Origin: Porphyromonadaceae bacterium UBA7203
Lineage (GTDB): Bacteria; Bacteroidota; Bacteroidia; Bacteroidales; Muribaculaceae
Length of the DNA: 64,000 nt
NCBI GenBank assembly: GCA_002490725.1
Contig: DKUN01000007.1
Location: forward strand, 1,126 to 65,125
Reading direction: 5' to 3'
The position numbers and the translations under genes were made by a program. Within the stretch, counting starts at the first letter, position 1. The number at the start of each line of letters is the position of its first letter. The notes below the pieces were generated by a model, which did no database searches, was not told the origin of the DNA, and worked only from the letters and a program-made list of their open reading frames with translations. Shown in pieces: positions 18,501 through 26,839 of this stretch.

Positions 18501-19614
18501 CGGGTATGCTGAAGCTGAGCTGCCGGTTAGCGACAGCGCCGGGGGCCACATCGCCGATTACCTTGGTCACGGCCTCGGCGACCTTGCCGCCTATCCGGTC
18601 GGAATAGAGTTCCACGGGGAATACCTCATACTTGACGGTAGCGCCTTTGAGGGCCTTCTTGCTGAGGTTGCGGATGTTGACGTCAACATTGACGGTGGCC
18701 TCATCAACCGTGCCAACCGGGTTGGCCTTGCAGCCGATGATGGTTTGGATTCTCATATCCTGAATCTGCACCTGCGGGGTCGAGGTCAGATAGGTCGAGC
18801 GGATAATGCCGGGAAGGCGGAACATGTCCTGCGCCTCGAGGAAAGAGCCGTCGCTATAGCGGTAGACCTCCACGGCCACCACGTTCTCGCCGCCCTTCGG
18901 ATTGAGATACTTGGTGATGTTGAACTGGGCGAGATTGCGCGAGTTCTTGCTGAAGCCAACGTATTGGCCGTTGATCCACAGATAGAAAAACGAATCCACG
19001 CCGTCGAAGTTGATGTAGACCTCGCGGCCCTTCCAGTCGGCGGGCACGGTAAACGTGCGACGATAGGAGCCGACCTCGTTGCGGTCTTCAAACGTGGTCC
19101 ACGACTTGTCGCGCGGCTCGCGCATCACGCCTTCGCGCCAGTCGTCGACCTTCACCTGGTGGTAGAATGGCACGGGCTGGTTCACGTAGATGGGAGTGCC
19201 GTATTTCTGCGTGCCGTCGGCCTGCAGGCCCTGCACGTTCCAGCAGCCGGGCACCTGGATGTCATCCCAGCCGGCGGTGCTGAAGTCGGTCTTGTAGAAG
19301 TCGGCCGGACGCTTGTCGGGGTGGTTCACCCAGTTGAACTTCCAGGTACCGTCGAGGCTTTTGTAGTAACGGGAGTTTTCGGGCAACACTTTCAGCGCGT
19401 TTTCAACCGACGAAAAGTTGAAGAAATAGGCGTGGGGCAGCTCCTTGTTGTAGCTGAGCGCCTCACAGTTTTCCCACTCGGTACCTACGGGCGCTGCGGC
19501 GTCGCCGAAAGCATAACCGCCGAGAGCGAAGTCATGGCCGCCGTCAGGGTCGAGCGCCGCAAACGCGCCCGATGCCGTCAGGACCAGGATTCCGCTGATG
19601 ACAAATTTTTTCAT
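15508..19614 (-). CDS. glycoside hydrolase family 2 beta-galactosidase (LacZ-type, with Bgal_small_N-like domain) fused to a C-terminal F5/8 type C (discoidin) domain
   Basis: Start taken at MKKFVISGILVLTASGAFA (signal peptide) inside ORF 15508..19734. GH2 motifs are NHPSIVIWSLGNE and ISEYAHSMGN. The C-terminal ~150 aa (...WHTTYG...YVRFTGLSSQNGADFAGGAEFNV) are discoidin-like. Confidence 0.9.
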   Translation of the reverse strand: MKKFVISGILVLTASGAFAALDPDGGHDFALGGYAFGDAAAPVGTEWENCEALSYNKELPHAYFFNFSSVENALKVLPENSRYYKSLDGTWKFNWVNHPDKRPADFYKTDFSTAGWDDIQVPGCWNVQGLQADGTQKYGTPIYVNQPVPFYHQVKVDDWREGVMREPRDKSWTTFEDRNEVGSYRRTFTVPADWKGREVYINFDGVDSFFYLWINGQYVGFSKNSRNLAQFNITKYLNPKGGENVVAVEVYRYSDGSFLEAQDMFRLPGIIRSTYLTSTPQVQIQDMRIQTIIGCKANPVGTVDEATVNVDVNIRNLSKKALKGATVKYEVFPVELYSDRIGGKVAEAVTKVIGDVAPGAVANRQLSFSIPDARLWSAETPNRYVLVAQLLDKKGKVIETVSSYFGVREVEIRDTPANEDEFGLAGRYFYVNNRPVKLKGVNRHENNLSTGHTISREQMEQEAMIMKRGNINHVRNCHYNDDPYWYIVCDKYGIYLEDEANIESHEYYYGKESLSHPKEWRDAHVARNVEMVRAHMNHPSIVIWSLGNEAGPGNNFVEAYKAIKANDTTRPVQYERNNDIVDMGSNQYPSIPWVRSAVKGQMGIKYPFHISEYAHSMGNALGGFADYWEAMESTNFFCGGAIWDWVDQALWNHTADGTKYMGYGGDFGDRPNDGMFCMNGILFPDFSPKPAYEEVKKVHQYVGVKPVDMTKGVVEVFNKNYFTTLDDLSPRWILTRNGVEVARGNAVNRPRMAVGPRESQTWSIPYDYDKIAADKDGEYFVTLQFLLNEDKPWAKAGYVQAAEQLAVKAPEAFAAIAPAGSAPSLVETDATNTVSGNGFNVEFDNATGSIRSLTYGGNQIITPGNGPVLNAFRAPVDNDTPLMRKWFAIGLNNLAHKVISNKSYVREDGAVVLQYLVESQSPHSYAVSGGGRSGQYTPVAGRELGPDDFKFTTNQTWTVYPDGSIELQSAINSNDPAQILPRLGYAMTLPSDYSDYTYYGRGPVNNFNDREASQFVGLYKQTVADQFVHFPKPQSMGNREDVRWNALTDKLGNGIQFVALDGVMSASAMPWSDIDMMVAAHPYELPQSKGTTVHIDKKVLGLGGASCGQGITLEEGQVPAVSQTFGFVIRPVSASTDLQQSACVSAAGDRPLCISRDRVGNVTITTSNPDAEILYNVEPLGKKVAPARKRGPKGVAYNGPIALREGGRLTAWDARYPNLQTVIEYPKVERVPLTVTFASAYEPGAGEASYLVDGDSGTFWHTTYGVTVALYPHWVEFDCSEPKEIKGFTYLPRQDGGWNGDIKDWKFEVSEDGKTWTEAGQGTFPHSKEEHRVMLAKPVRARYVRFTGLSSQNGADFAGGAEFNVLAD

Positions 19615-19697
19615 TGATAACAGATTTAACGAACGTTGTGATTGATGATATTTGTCGCGAAGATACAAAAATTTACCGAACTCTCCAAGGGGAAGCC

Positions 19698-19726
19698 GAT
19701 TATTCCCCTGATTATTCCCCTGATTA
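19698..19726. repeat. 12-bp tandem repeat, 2.4 copies (gattattcccct)
   Basis: gattattcccct gattattcccct gatta..., about 85-110 nt upstream of the GH2 start codon (19614) on the opposite-strand reading. Confidence 0.8.
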
Positions 19727-19807
19727 CTGCGCACGCATCATCTATCTATTAACGGTAACATCCAGTAATTTGGGATATAATCGACTCCTACTGCAATAAG
19801 ATTCTAC

Positions 19808-20602
19808 TCATTCTAAATTGCCGGTAATCCAAGAAACGACATCAGCAATAGCCCGGGCATTTAGCCTCGATGCTTGCGGCTTTTTGTCGCCAATGAAAGG
19901 AATGTTGGAGTCGTTATCACTAATCCGGAGACAATAGCCTGTACGAGGGTACACACGTATAAGATTCTTTGCAGACAGAGGCAGACTTTCCTCCACACTC
20001 ATACTGTTGGCATACCATTCGGCAATAGCGTCCGCCGTGCCGAATGCGCAAAATGTAGGGCAGGTTATTCTGCGGAGGTATTGATATGGCTGATATGACA
20101 ATAATTCTTTGAAGTCCGCAGGTATAATCCCGCCGGTTTTACCACGGGAAATTTCGGCCAGGATATCCTTGCGGACAGATGAAGAAAACTCCGGGTCAAT
20201 AAAGAATGTTGACGAAGTGAATAAACGTTTGGCAATTTCTGAGCCATTTATTCCTACGCCTGATATTAAAACCAAAAACTTTGGCCGGCTTTCAGAGGCT
20301 CAAATGGTTGCTGCCGCGGAGCCAAAGGTCCCTGAGCCGATAATTGCATAACTATCTTCTTTATTTGAGGTCTTCTGGATTGAGTCAAGCATGTTTTGAT
20401 ATTTTGCAACGGCTTTCGATATACTTCCGTCAGTTATCGAGATTGGTATAATCCTGGCTTGAATCTTGTTTGTTATCGTGTCAGATGGTGCTGACTCATA
20501 CTTATTTGAAACAAAAGAAAAAATCGTCAAATCTGAACCTAAACAACTTAATGAGCTGACAAAAAGACAGATTGCGCATAAAATAGATTTGGTGTGTCGC
20601 AT
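19808..20602 (-). pseudogene. secreted alpha/beta-hydrolase-like protein interrupted by one in-frame TGA (20300..20302)
   Basis: ORFs 20300..20602 (signal peptide MRHTKSILCAICLFVSSLSC...) and 19808..20275 are in the same frame, separated by a single TGA. Read-through gives ...GSAAATI*ASESRPKFLVLISGVG... The region is AT-rich relative to its neighbours. The family assignment is weak. Confidence 0.5.
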
Positions 20603-20954
20603 AATAATTTAATTTGAGTACATATGTTCCTTAAGATATTCCATACCAAGTTGCGTAGCTTCCTGCTCAAAAGGCTGATTTAGGTGTATACTCTTATATG
20701 CATTCGTTCAGCACATTTCTTTGTTCAGCCAATCTGATTAAATCAGACACGGCCGCAATTTAACAATAATATTTAACTTGTGCAAGCCGGCATAGTAAAA
20801 TTCCAGGGCCATTATGCTATTAAACATCGTATTGGTTAGCTATCATACTGTGCACCCTTCCGAATTGCGCCGTGACAGTGGCCTTACATTTCCTGCAACC
20901 GTGAGGATTTCCGGAAAATAAGGGCGGGGGCTTGCACGGATGAAATAAAAAGGG

Positions 20955-20962
20955 TATATTTG
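20955..20962 (+). promoter_or_regulatory. -7 promoter box for glgB
   Basis: tatatttg, 28 nt upstream of ATG 20990. Confidence 0.5.
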
Positions 20963-20989
20963 CGATTGACTTACCAAAATTCCCAGCCC

Positions 20990-23026
20990 ATGAAAACTGA
21001 TAAACCCAAGCGCAAATCGCGCCTGAAACTGATTAAGAAAGACCCCTGGCTCGAACCGTTTGCCGACGCCATCGAAGGGCGCCATCAGGACGCAATCGAC
21101 AAAGAGGCTGAACTGACTTCCGCCTCAGGTTCGCTAAGGGAGTTTGCCAACGCCCACAACTACTTTGGCCTTCACCGCGAAGATAACGGCAAGTGGGTGT
21201 TTCGCGAATGGGCTCCGAACGCCACCGCCATAACCCTGATCGGCGACTTCAACAACTGGCAGCCCGACAAAAAATATGCCCTGAAACGGCTTAAAGGCTC
21301 CGACGGTGTGTGGGAAGGCCGGTTCGGCTCGCGCGCGCTGAAACACGGCCAGTATTTCAAAATGCTCGTCGAATGGCCCGGAGGCAGCGGCGAACGCATT
21401 CCCGCCTACGCCACCCGAGTTGTCCAGGCACCCGACTCCCCGATATTCTCAGCTCAGGTCTGGGCTCCGGCCGAGCCATATAAATGGAAGAAAAAACGCT
21501 TCATTCCAAACGTCAGCCCGCTGCTGATTTACGAATGCCACATCGGCATGGCTCAGGAAAAAGAAGGCATCGGCTCCTACGAGGAATTCCGAACCAACAT
21601 ATTGCCGCGCGTGGCCGCCGACGGGTATAACTGCATCCAGATAATGGCCATTCAGGAACACCCATATTACGGCTCGTTCGGCTATCACGTCAGCAGCTTC
21701 TTTGCCGCATCGAGCAAGTTCGGCACACCCGAGGAGCTCAAGGCGCTCATCGACGACGCCCACTCGCGCGGAATCGCCGTCATAATGGATATCGTGCACT
21801 CCCACGCCGTTAAAAACGAAGTCGAGGGGCTCGGACGCCTCGACGGCTCGCGCGACCTCTACTTCTACGGCGACGGCCGCCGCGAGCATCCGGCCTGGGA
21901 CTCGCTCTGCTTCGACTACGGCAAGAACGAAGTGCTCCACTTCCTGCTGAGCAACTGCAAATTCTGGCTCGATGAATATCACTTCGACGGCTTCCGCTTC
22001 GACGGCGTGACATCGATGCTATATTATAACCACGGACTCGGCCAGGCCTTTGGCGGCTATGACGACTACTATAACGGCGGCCAGGACGTCAACGCAATAA
22101 CATACCTGACGCTGGCCAACAAACTGATCCACTCGGTCAACCGCCGTGCCATCACCATTGCCGAAGAAATGAGCGGCATGCCCGGTCTGGCCGTACCGTT
22201 CAAGGACGGCGGCATCGGCTTCGACTACCGCATGGCCATGGGCATTCCCGACTACTGGATCAAAACCCTCAAGGAGAAAAAAGACGAAGACTGGCACCCG
22301 ACATCCATCTTCTGGGAGCTGACCAACCGCCGCGCCGACGAAAAGACCATCAGCTACGTTGAGAGCCACGACCAGGCCCTGGTCGGAGACAAAACGGTGA
22401 TTTTCCGCCTGATGGACGCCGACATGTACTGGCACATGAGCCGCGACGACGAGAACCCGGTCATAGCGCGCGGCATGGCGCTACACAAAATGATTCGCCT
22501 CGTGACTCTCGGCACAATCAACGGCGGCTATCTCAACTTCATGGGCAACGAGTGGGGCCACCCGGAGTGGATTGACTTTCCGCGCGAGGGCAACGGCTGG
22601 AGCTATAAGTATGCACGCCGCCAGTGGGATCTGGTCAATGCCGACTATTTGAAATACTTCATGCTCAACAACTTCGACAACGCAATGATCAGCACCGTCA
22701 GCAGCGTCGAAAACTTCGAGCAGACTCCGGTTGTGAAACTTTGGGAAAAAGACTCCGACCAGGTGCTGGCATTCATGCGCGGCGACCTCGTGTTCGTGTT
22801 CAACTTCTCGCCCGTCAACGCCTATAACGGCTACGGCATTCTTGCCCCCGCGGGCGAATATGTCGGCGTCATGTCGACCGACCAACCCGAATTCGGCGGC
22901 TACGGCAACATTGACCTGCAAACCCGCCATCTGACACAGTTTGACCAGCTCTACGCCCCCGCCGGACGCGAATGGCTCAAACTATACCTGCCTCCACGCA
23001 CCGCCATGGTGCTCCGCAAAATCTGA
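20990..23026 (+). CDS. glgB: 1,4-alpha-glucan branching enzyme (GH13)
   Basis: Start taken at MKTDKPKRKS. It has the GH13 catalytic regions (GFRFDGVTSM, ITIAEEMSG, YVESHDQ) and an N-terminal CBM48-like region. Confidence 0.9.
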   Translation: MKTDKPKRKSRLKLIKKDPWLEPFADAIEGRHQDAIDKEAELTSASGSLREFANAHNYFGLHREDNGKWVFREWAPNATAITLIGDFNNWQPDKKYALKRLKGSDGVWEGRFGSRALKHGQYFKMLVEWPGGSGERIPAYATRVVQAPDSPIFSAQVWAPAEPYKWKKKRFIPNVSPLLIYECHIGMAQEKEGIGSYEEFRTNILPRVAADGYNCIQIMAIQEHPYYGSFGYHVSSFFAASSKFGTPEELKALIDDAHSRGIAVIMDIVHSHAVKNEVEGLGRLDGSRDLYFYGDGRREHPAWDSLCFDYGKNEVLHFLLSNCKFWLDEYHFDGFRFDGVTSMLYYNHGLGQAFGGYDDYYNGGQDVNAITYLTLANKLIHSVNRRAITIAEEMSGMPGLAVPFKDGGIGFDYRMAMGIPDYWIKTLKEKKDEDWHPTSIFWELTNRRADEKTISYVESHDQALVGDKTVIFRLMDADMYWHMSRDDENPVIARGMALHKMIRLVTLGTINGGYLNFMGNEWGHPEWIDFPREGNGWSYKYARRQWDLVNADYLKYFMLNNFDNAMISTVSSVENFEQTPVVKLWEKDSDQVLAFMRGDLVFVFNFSPVNAYNGYGILAPAGEYVGVMSTDQPEFGGYGNIDLQTRHLTQFDQLYAPAGREWLKLYLPPRTAMVLRKI

Positions 23027-23030
23027 GTCC

Positions 23031-24014
23031 ATGAGCGAACGGAGCAATCCGAAAATAAGCATTGTCGTGCCGGTCTATAACGTCGGCGCGACTTTGCTTA
23101 CTGCATGTATCGAGAGCGCGCTGGCCCAGACATTCAACGACTTCGAGCTGATTCTGGTCGACGACGCGTCGACCGACAAATCGGCCGATATCTGCGAGGC
23201 CTACACCCTGACCGACCCGCGCGTCAGACTTCTGCGGCTCGAAAGCAACCGGGGCCTGCCCGGCGCCCGCAATGCCGGAGTCGACATTTCGCGCGGCGAA
23301 TTTATCTGCTTCCTCGATGGCGACGACCGGCTCCACCCCTCCATGCTGGAACGTCTCGCGGGCCTGTCCTCACGCTGCGACGCCGGCATCATCGGCTGCG
23401 GATTTCAGCGCACGGCGCCACTCGGCCCGATTCCGGAAGTCGAGTTTTCAGATGGCAACCTGTATTTCATGGCGCCACACCGCGCCATCGCCGACGCCCT
23501 TTATCAAAACCTGCTCAACCACTCGGCCTGGGGCAAGCTCTACAGACGTCAGATCTGCATTGACGAACCCTTCCGGCCCGGAGGTTATGAAGACCTGCGC
23601 TCATTCTACCACATGTTTCTGCGCGCCGGCCAAATAGCCTGGACCTCGGAGCCGCTCTATCTTTACACCGAGAATCCGACAAGCTATCTCCACACGTTCA
23701 ATCCGGCGCGGGCCGTAGTGCTCGACGTTACCGAAGAGATTGTCGACTACATGGAGCGCAACATGCCCGAACTCACGCCCGCCGCGCGCGACCGCGCCCT
23801 GAGCGCCGCCTTCAACATTCTCAACCTCATGACTGTCAACCGGTGTGACGAGCCCGCAATTGCCGCCCGCTGCCGTTCGACGATTCGCCGCTACAGGCTC
23901 CGGTCGCTGATTAACAGACATGTGCGCCTGAAAAACAAAATCGGAATCCTGACGACATATCTGGGCGGCTTCGGCCTGCTCGCTCTGGCCACACGAATTT
24001 ACCCACCCAAATGA
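23031..24014 (+). CDS. glycosyltransferase family 2
   Basis: MSERSNPKISIVVPVYNVGATL...ELILVDDASTDKS...FLDGDD (GT-A fold, DxD). The ATG is 4 nt after the glgB stop. Confidence 0.85.
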   Translation: MSERSNPKISIVVPVYNVGATLLTACIESALAQTFNDFELILVDDASTDKSADICEAYTLTDPRVRLLRLESNRGLPGARNAGVDISRGEFICFLDGDDRLHPSMLERLAGLSSRCDAGIIGCGFQRTAPLGPIPEVEFSDGNLYFMAPHRAIADALYQNLLNHSAWGKLYRRQICIDEPFRPGGYEDLRSFYHMFLRAGQIAWTSEPLYLYTENPTSYLHTFNPARAVVLDVTEEIVDYMERNMPELTPAARDRALSAAFNILNLMTVNRCDEPAIAARCRSTIRRYRLRSLINRHVRLKNKIGILTTYLGGFGLLALATRIYPPK

Positions 24015-24916
24015 GCCGCACCCGCGAAATATACCGCATCACACTGGTAGGCAGCGTTGTCAACGCCCTGCTCACGGCCTTTAAGTTCTTTGCCGGAATC
24101 GTCGGCCACAGTTCGGCCATGATTGCCGACGCCATCCACTCGCTGTCGGACTTCATCACCGACGTCGTGGTCATTCTATTTGTGCGTATTGCCGGCAAGC
24201 CTCAAGACGAAAACCACGACTACGGCCATGGCAAATATGAAACCCTGGCAGCGGTCGTTGTCGGCATAATGCTTGGATGCGCAGGTGCCTACATGCTCGC
24301 CGACGGAGTCGTGACGATTGTGAAAATACTGGCCGACGGACTCGTGCCCGACGCCCCAAACTACTGGGCGCTATCGGCAGCCGCACTGTCGATTCTGCTC
24401 AAGGAAACGCTCTATCGCTATACCATGGCAGGCAGCCGCAGGCTCGACTCTCAGGCCCTGCGCGCCAACGCGTGGCATCACCGCAGCGACGCCTTCACCT
24501 CCATAGCCACTCTCGCAGGCATTGCCGGAGCCATGCTGCCCGGCGTGCATTGGCGCATACTCGACCCCATAGCCGCCACAGTTGTAAGCCTCTTCATAAT
24601 CAAGGCGGCGGCAGGCCTGATCAAGCCGAATCTCGACGAACTGCTCGAAAGTTCTCTGCCCGCAGCCGAAAAGGAGCGCATTGCCGACATTATAACCTCG
24701 ACCCCCGGAGTGGTCAGAATTCACCGCCTGCGCACACGCCGCATAGGCAACGCCGCCGCAATCGAGGTTCACATCAAACTGCCGGCCGACATGCCGCTGG
24801 CCACGGCCCACGACATAGCCACAGAAGTCGAGCGCCGCCTGAAAAGCGAACTCGGCCCCGCGACCCACACGGCCATACACATGGAACCCGCCTATCCGTC
24901 AGACGGCAAAGGTTAA
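24011..24916 (+). CDS. cation diffusion facilitator (CDF) family transporter
   Basis: 301 aa. It has the CDF signature (SSAMIADAIHSLSDF, HHRSDAF) and a C-terminal cytoplasmic domain. Its ATGA start overlaps the GT2 stop. Confidence 0.9.
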   Translation: MSRTREIYRITLVGSVVNALLTAFKFFAGIVGHSSAMIADAIHSLSDFITDVVVILFVRIAGKPQDENHDYGHGKYETLAAVVVGIMLGCAGAYMLADGVVTIVKILADGLVPDAPNYWALSAAALSILLKETLYRYTMAGSRRLDSQALRANAWHHRSDAFTSIATLAGIAGAMLPGVHWRILDPIAATVVSLFIIKAAAGLIKPNLDELLESSLPAAEKERIADIITSTPGVVRIHRLRTRRIGNAAAIEVHIKLPADMPLATAHDIATEVERRLKSELGPATHTAIHMEPAYPSDGKG

Positions 24917-26038
24917 CCTGAATGTTACCGGGTCAGCGAGCCGCACAAGCGTCAGCGAACCGCCGAAGGCCGTCATCATGCGGCGGCTCAGACTCAGGCC
25001 GATGCCACTGCCTTCGTGGCGCGTGGTGAAAAAGGGAGTGAAGATTTCGGCTGCCAGCTCTTCGGAAACCGGAGCGCCGTCGTTGGCCACATCAATCACC
25101 CCGGGACGCGCTGTAATGGTGATTCGGCCCGCTCCGGCCTGCACGGCATTGGTGCAGAGATTGGCCAGAACGCGTCCGAGCATAGCCTCGTCGGCGGTGA
25201 CGGTCATTGCCGGAACCACACTCCACCGCATCTGCGGAAACAGGGCCGCCGTGTGGCGTATGATTGCCTCGACATCGACCTCGCGCAACTCAGGGCGCGG
25301 CAGCTGGGCCACACTGCGGTATGCTTCGACAAACCTCACCAATCCGCGGCTCGTGGCTCCGATGGCTTCCAGCCCCTCGCGGCGCTCCGACTCGCAGTCG
25401 GGCGGCAGGGCCAGCAGCGTTTCGCTGAGCGAAATTACCGGCGCCAGCGAGTTCATGATTTCATGGGCCAGAGTGCGCGTGAGCCGTTCCCAGGCAGCCG
25501 CCTCGCAGGCCTCAAGCTCGCGCGAAATGTCGGCAAGGGAATATATGCGCAACTCGCGGTCGTTGACCTTCAGGCCCGCAACCTGCAGCGTCAGCCCCAG
25601 CGAAGCCCCGACAACGAGGCGTCGGCCGGGCTCGGCGGCAGCAACAGCCCCGGGCAGCGACGGATCGATGCGACCAAGCTGCGACAGGTGGGTCAGCACC
25701 GTGAGTCCCAGCAACTTCAGCGCCGAGGCATTACAGGTCGTAACGAATCCGCGCGAATCGGCCACAATCATGCCCACGTCGGCCTTGTCGAGAATCACGC
25801 CATAGTAAAGGTCGGCCTGCTCGGCTTGACAGCGCGCGGCGCCGAGAATTTCGGCAATGCGGTTGAGAATGTGGTTAACGCTTCGGTTGCGGCGAAAGCG
25901 CACTGACGTGTCGCCGTTTTCGAGCGCCTCGAGCAGCAGCCTGACGTTGGCATCCTTGCGCCTGTTGCCGGCCAGCAGAACCACCGCCGCCACAATGGCC
26001 GCCGCGGCCACACCCCACGCAACCCAGAGCGCACTCAT
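24899..26038 (-). CDS. sensor histidine kinase (TM + PAS + HisKA + HATPase_c)
   Basis: 379 aa. H-box LAHEIMNSLAPV, N-box NLCTNAVQA, G-boxes VANDGAPV and GSGIGLSL. Its 3' end overlaps the convergent CDF gene by 18 nt. Confidence 0.85.
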   Translation of the reverse strand: MSALWVAWGVAAAAIVAAVVLLAGNRRKDANVRLLLEALENGDTSVRFRRNRSVNHILNRIAEILGAARCQAEQADLYYGVILDKADVGMIVADSRGFVTTCNASALKLLGLTVLTHLSQLGRIDPSLPGAVAAAEPGRRLVVGASLGLTLQVAGLKVNDRELRIYSLADISRELEACEAAAWERLTRTLAHEIMNSLAPVISLSETLLALPPDCESERREGLEAIGATSRGLVRFVEAYRSVAQLPRPELREVDVEAIIRHTAALFPQMRWSVVPAMTVTADEAMLGRVLANLCTNAVQAGAGRITITARPGVIDVANDGAPVSEELAAEIFTPFFTTRHEGSGIGLSLSRRMMTAFGGSLTLVRLADPVTFRLTFAV

Positions 26039-26613
26039 AGGCCGTAGCGTTTAATCTTGTTATAGAGCGTCTGGCGCGAAATGCCCAGCCGCGCGGCCAC
26101 ACGCGTCATGTTGCCGCGCTCCTCCACAATGGCGCGCTCAATGCGTTCGCGCTCCATTGCGGCAAGCGAGTCGGCCCCCGCCTCGGCCTGAGGCTCTACA
26201 GCCGATGCCTCAGTCGCCGCCGGTCCGGCCGGTTCCGACACCCTCAGCAGAGTGTCGACGAGCTCGGTGTTATCCCACGGCTTTACAATGAACTCCGCCG
26301 CACCCGCCTTGATGCCCTGCACGGCAAGGCGTATATCGGCATAGGCGGTGAACAGAACCACCGGCACGGCGGGCACCTCCTCGCGCAGGCGTCCGAGCCA
26401 GTAAAAGCCCTCGTTGCCGTTATTGACCGCCGATTTGAAGTTCATATCAAGCAGCACGCAGTCAGGATTTTCAGCCTTGACAGTCGCAAGCAGATGCACG
26501 GGCGACGTCAGCGTAACCACCCGCTCGAAAAACGGACGCAGCAGCAAACTGACCGCCGTCAGCGCCGACCGGTTGTCGTCTGCCACGACTATACTTTTTC
26601 TTCTATACTTCAT
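26035..26613 (-). CDS. response regulator, REC domain + Fis-type HTH, without an AAA+ sigma-54 activator domain
   Basis: Start taken at MKYRRKSIVVADDN. REC residues are present (DD, LLDMNF, VKPW). An Ala/Pro/Glu-rich linker follows, then ...GNMTRVAARLGISRQTLYNKIKRYGL. No Walker A or GAFTGA is present. It overlaps the HK start by 4 nt. Confidence 0.85.
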   Translation of the reverse strand: MKYRRKSIVVADDNRSALTAVSLLLRPFFERVVTLTSPVHLLATVKAENPDCVLLDMNFKSAVNNGNEGFYWLGRLREEVPAVPVVLFTAYADIRLAVQGIKAGAAEFIVKPWDNTELVDTLLRVSEPAGPAATEASAVEPQAEAGADSLAAMERERIERAIVEERGNMTRVAARLGISRQTLYNKIKRYGL

Positions 26614-26619
26614 TGACCG

Positions 26620-26627
26620 CAAATTTA
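26620..26627 (-). promoter_or_regulatory. -7 promoter box only 6 nt upstream of the response-regulator ATG (leaderless-type spacing)
   Basis: The - strand reads taaatttg. The motif ends at 26620 and the ATG is at 26613. Confidence 0.4.
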
Positions 26628-26660
26628 ATCTTTTTTTTCCGATTTGGAGCAAATTTTATA

Positions 26661-26696
26661 ATTTGACGCGATTTTACTTCATGATTTGACGGATTT
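26661..26696. promoter_or_regulatory. direct repeat pair atttgacg(c)gattt in the divergent TCS / S41 promoter region
   Basis: atttgacgcgattt (26661..26674) and atttgacggattt (26684..26696). Start-to-start spacing is 23 bp (about two helical turns). Confidence 0.3.
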
Positions 26697-26839
26697 CGGG
26701 CAGCGCACTGTCTAATATGTTGACAGTTTGCACAGCGACAACCCACGCATCACACTGATTGAGAGCAAGTTACAAAACAATGTGGTTTTTATCCGTTATA
26801 TTGCCTGAAAACAATTAACTTTACACCATCATATATATT

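Noticed and set aside
18001-19617. 538-aa ORF on the + strand
   Set aside because: It lies entirely antisense to the strongly supported GH2 gene. Its composition is Ala/Gly/Val/Arg-rich and low-complexity, typical of a shadow ORF in GC-rich coding DNA. The same applies to 15622..16095, 16333..16908 and 16927..17997.
20300-20302. In-frame TGA as selenocysteine or recoding
   Set aside because: No SECIS-like hairpin lies directly downstream. There is no redox-type context (no Cys homologue motif) and no sel genes in the window. The AT-rich remnant context favours a nonsense mutation.
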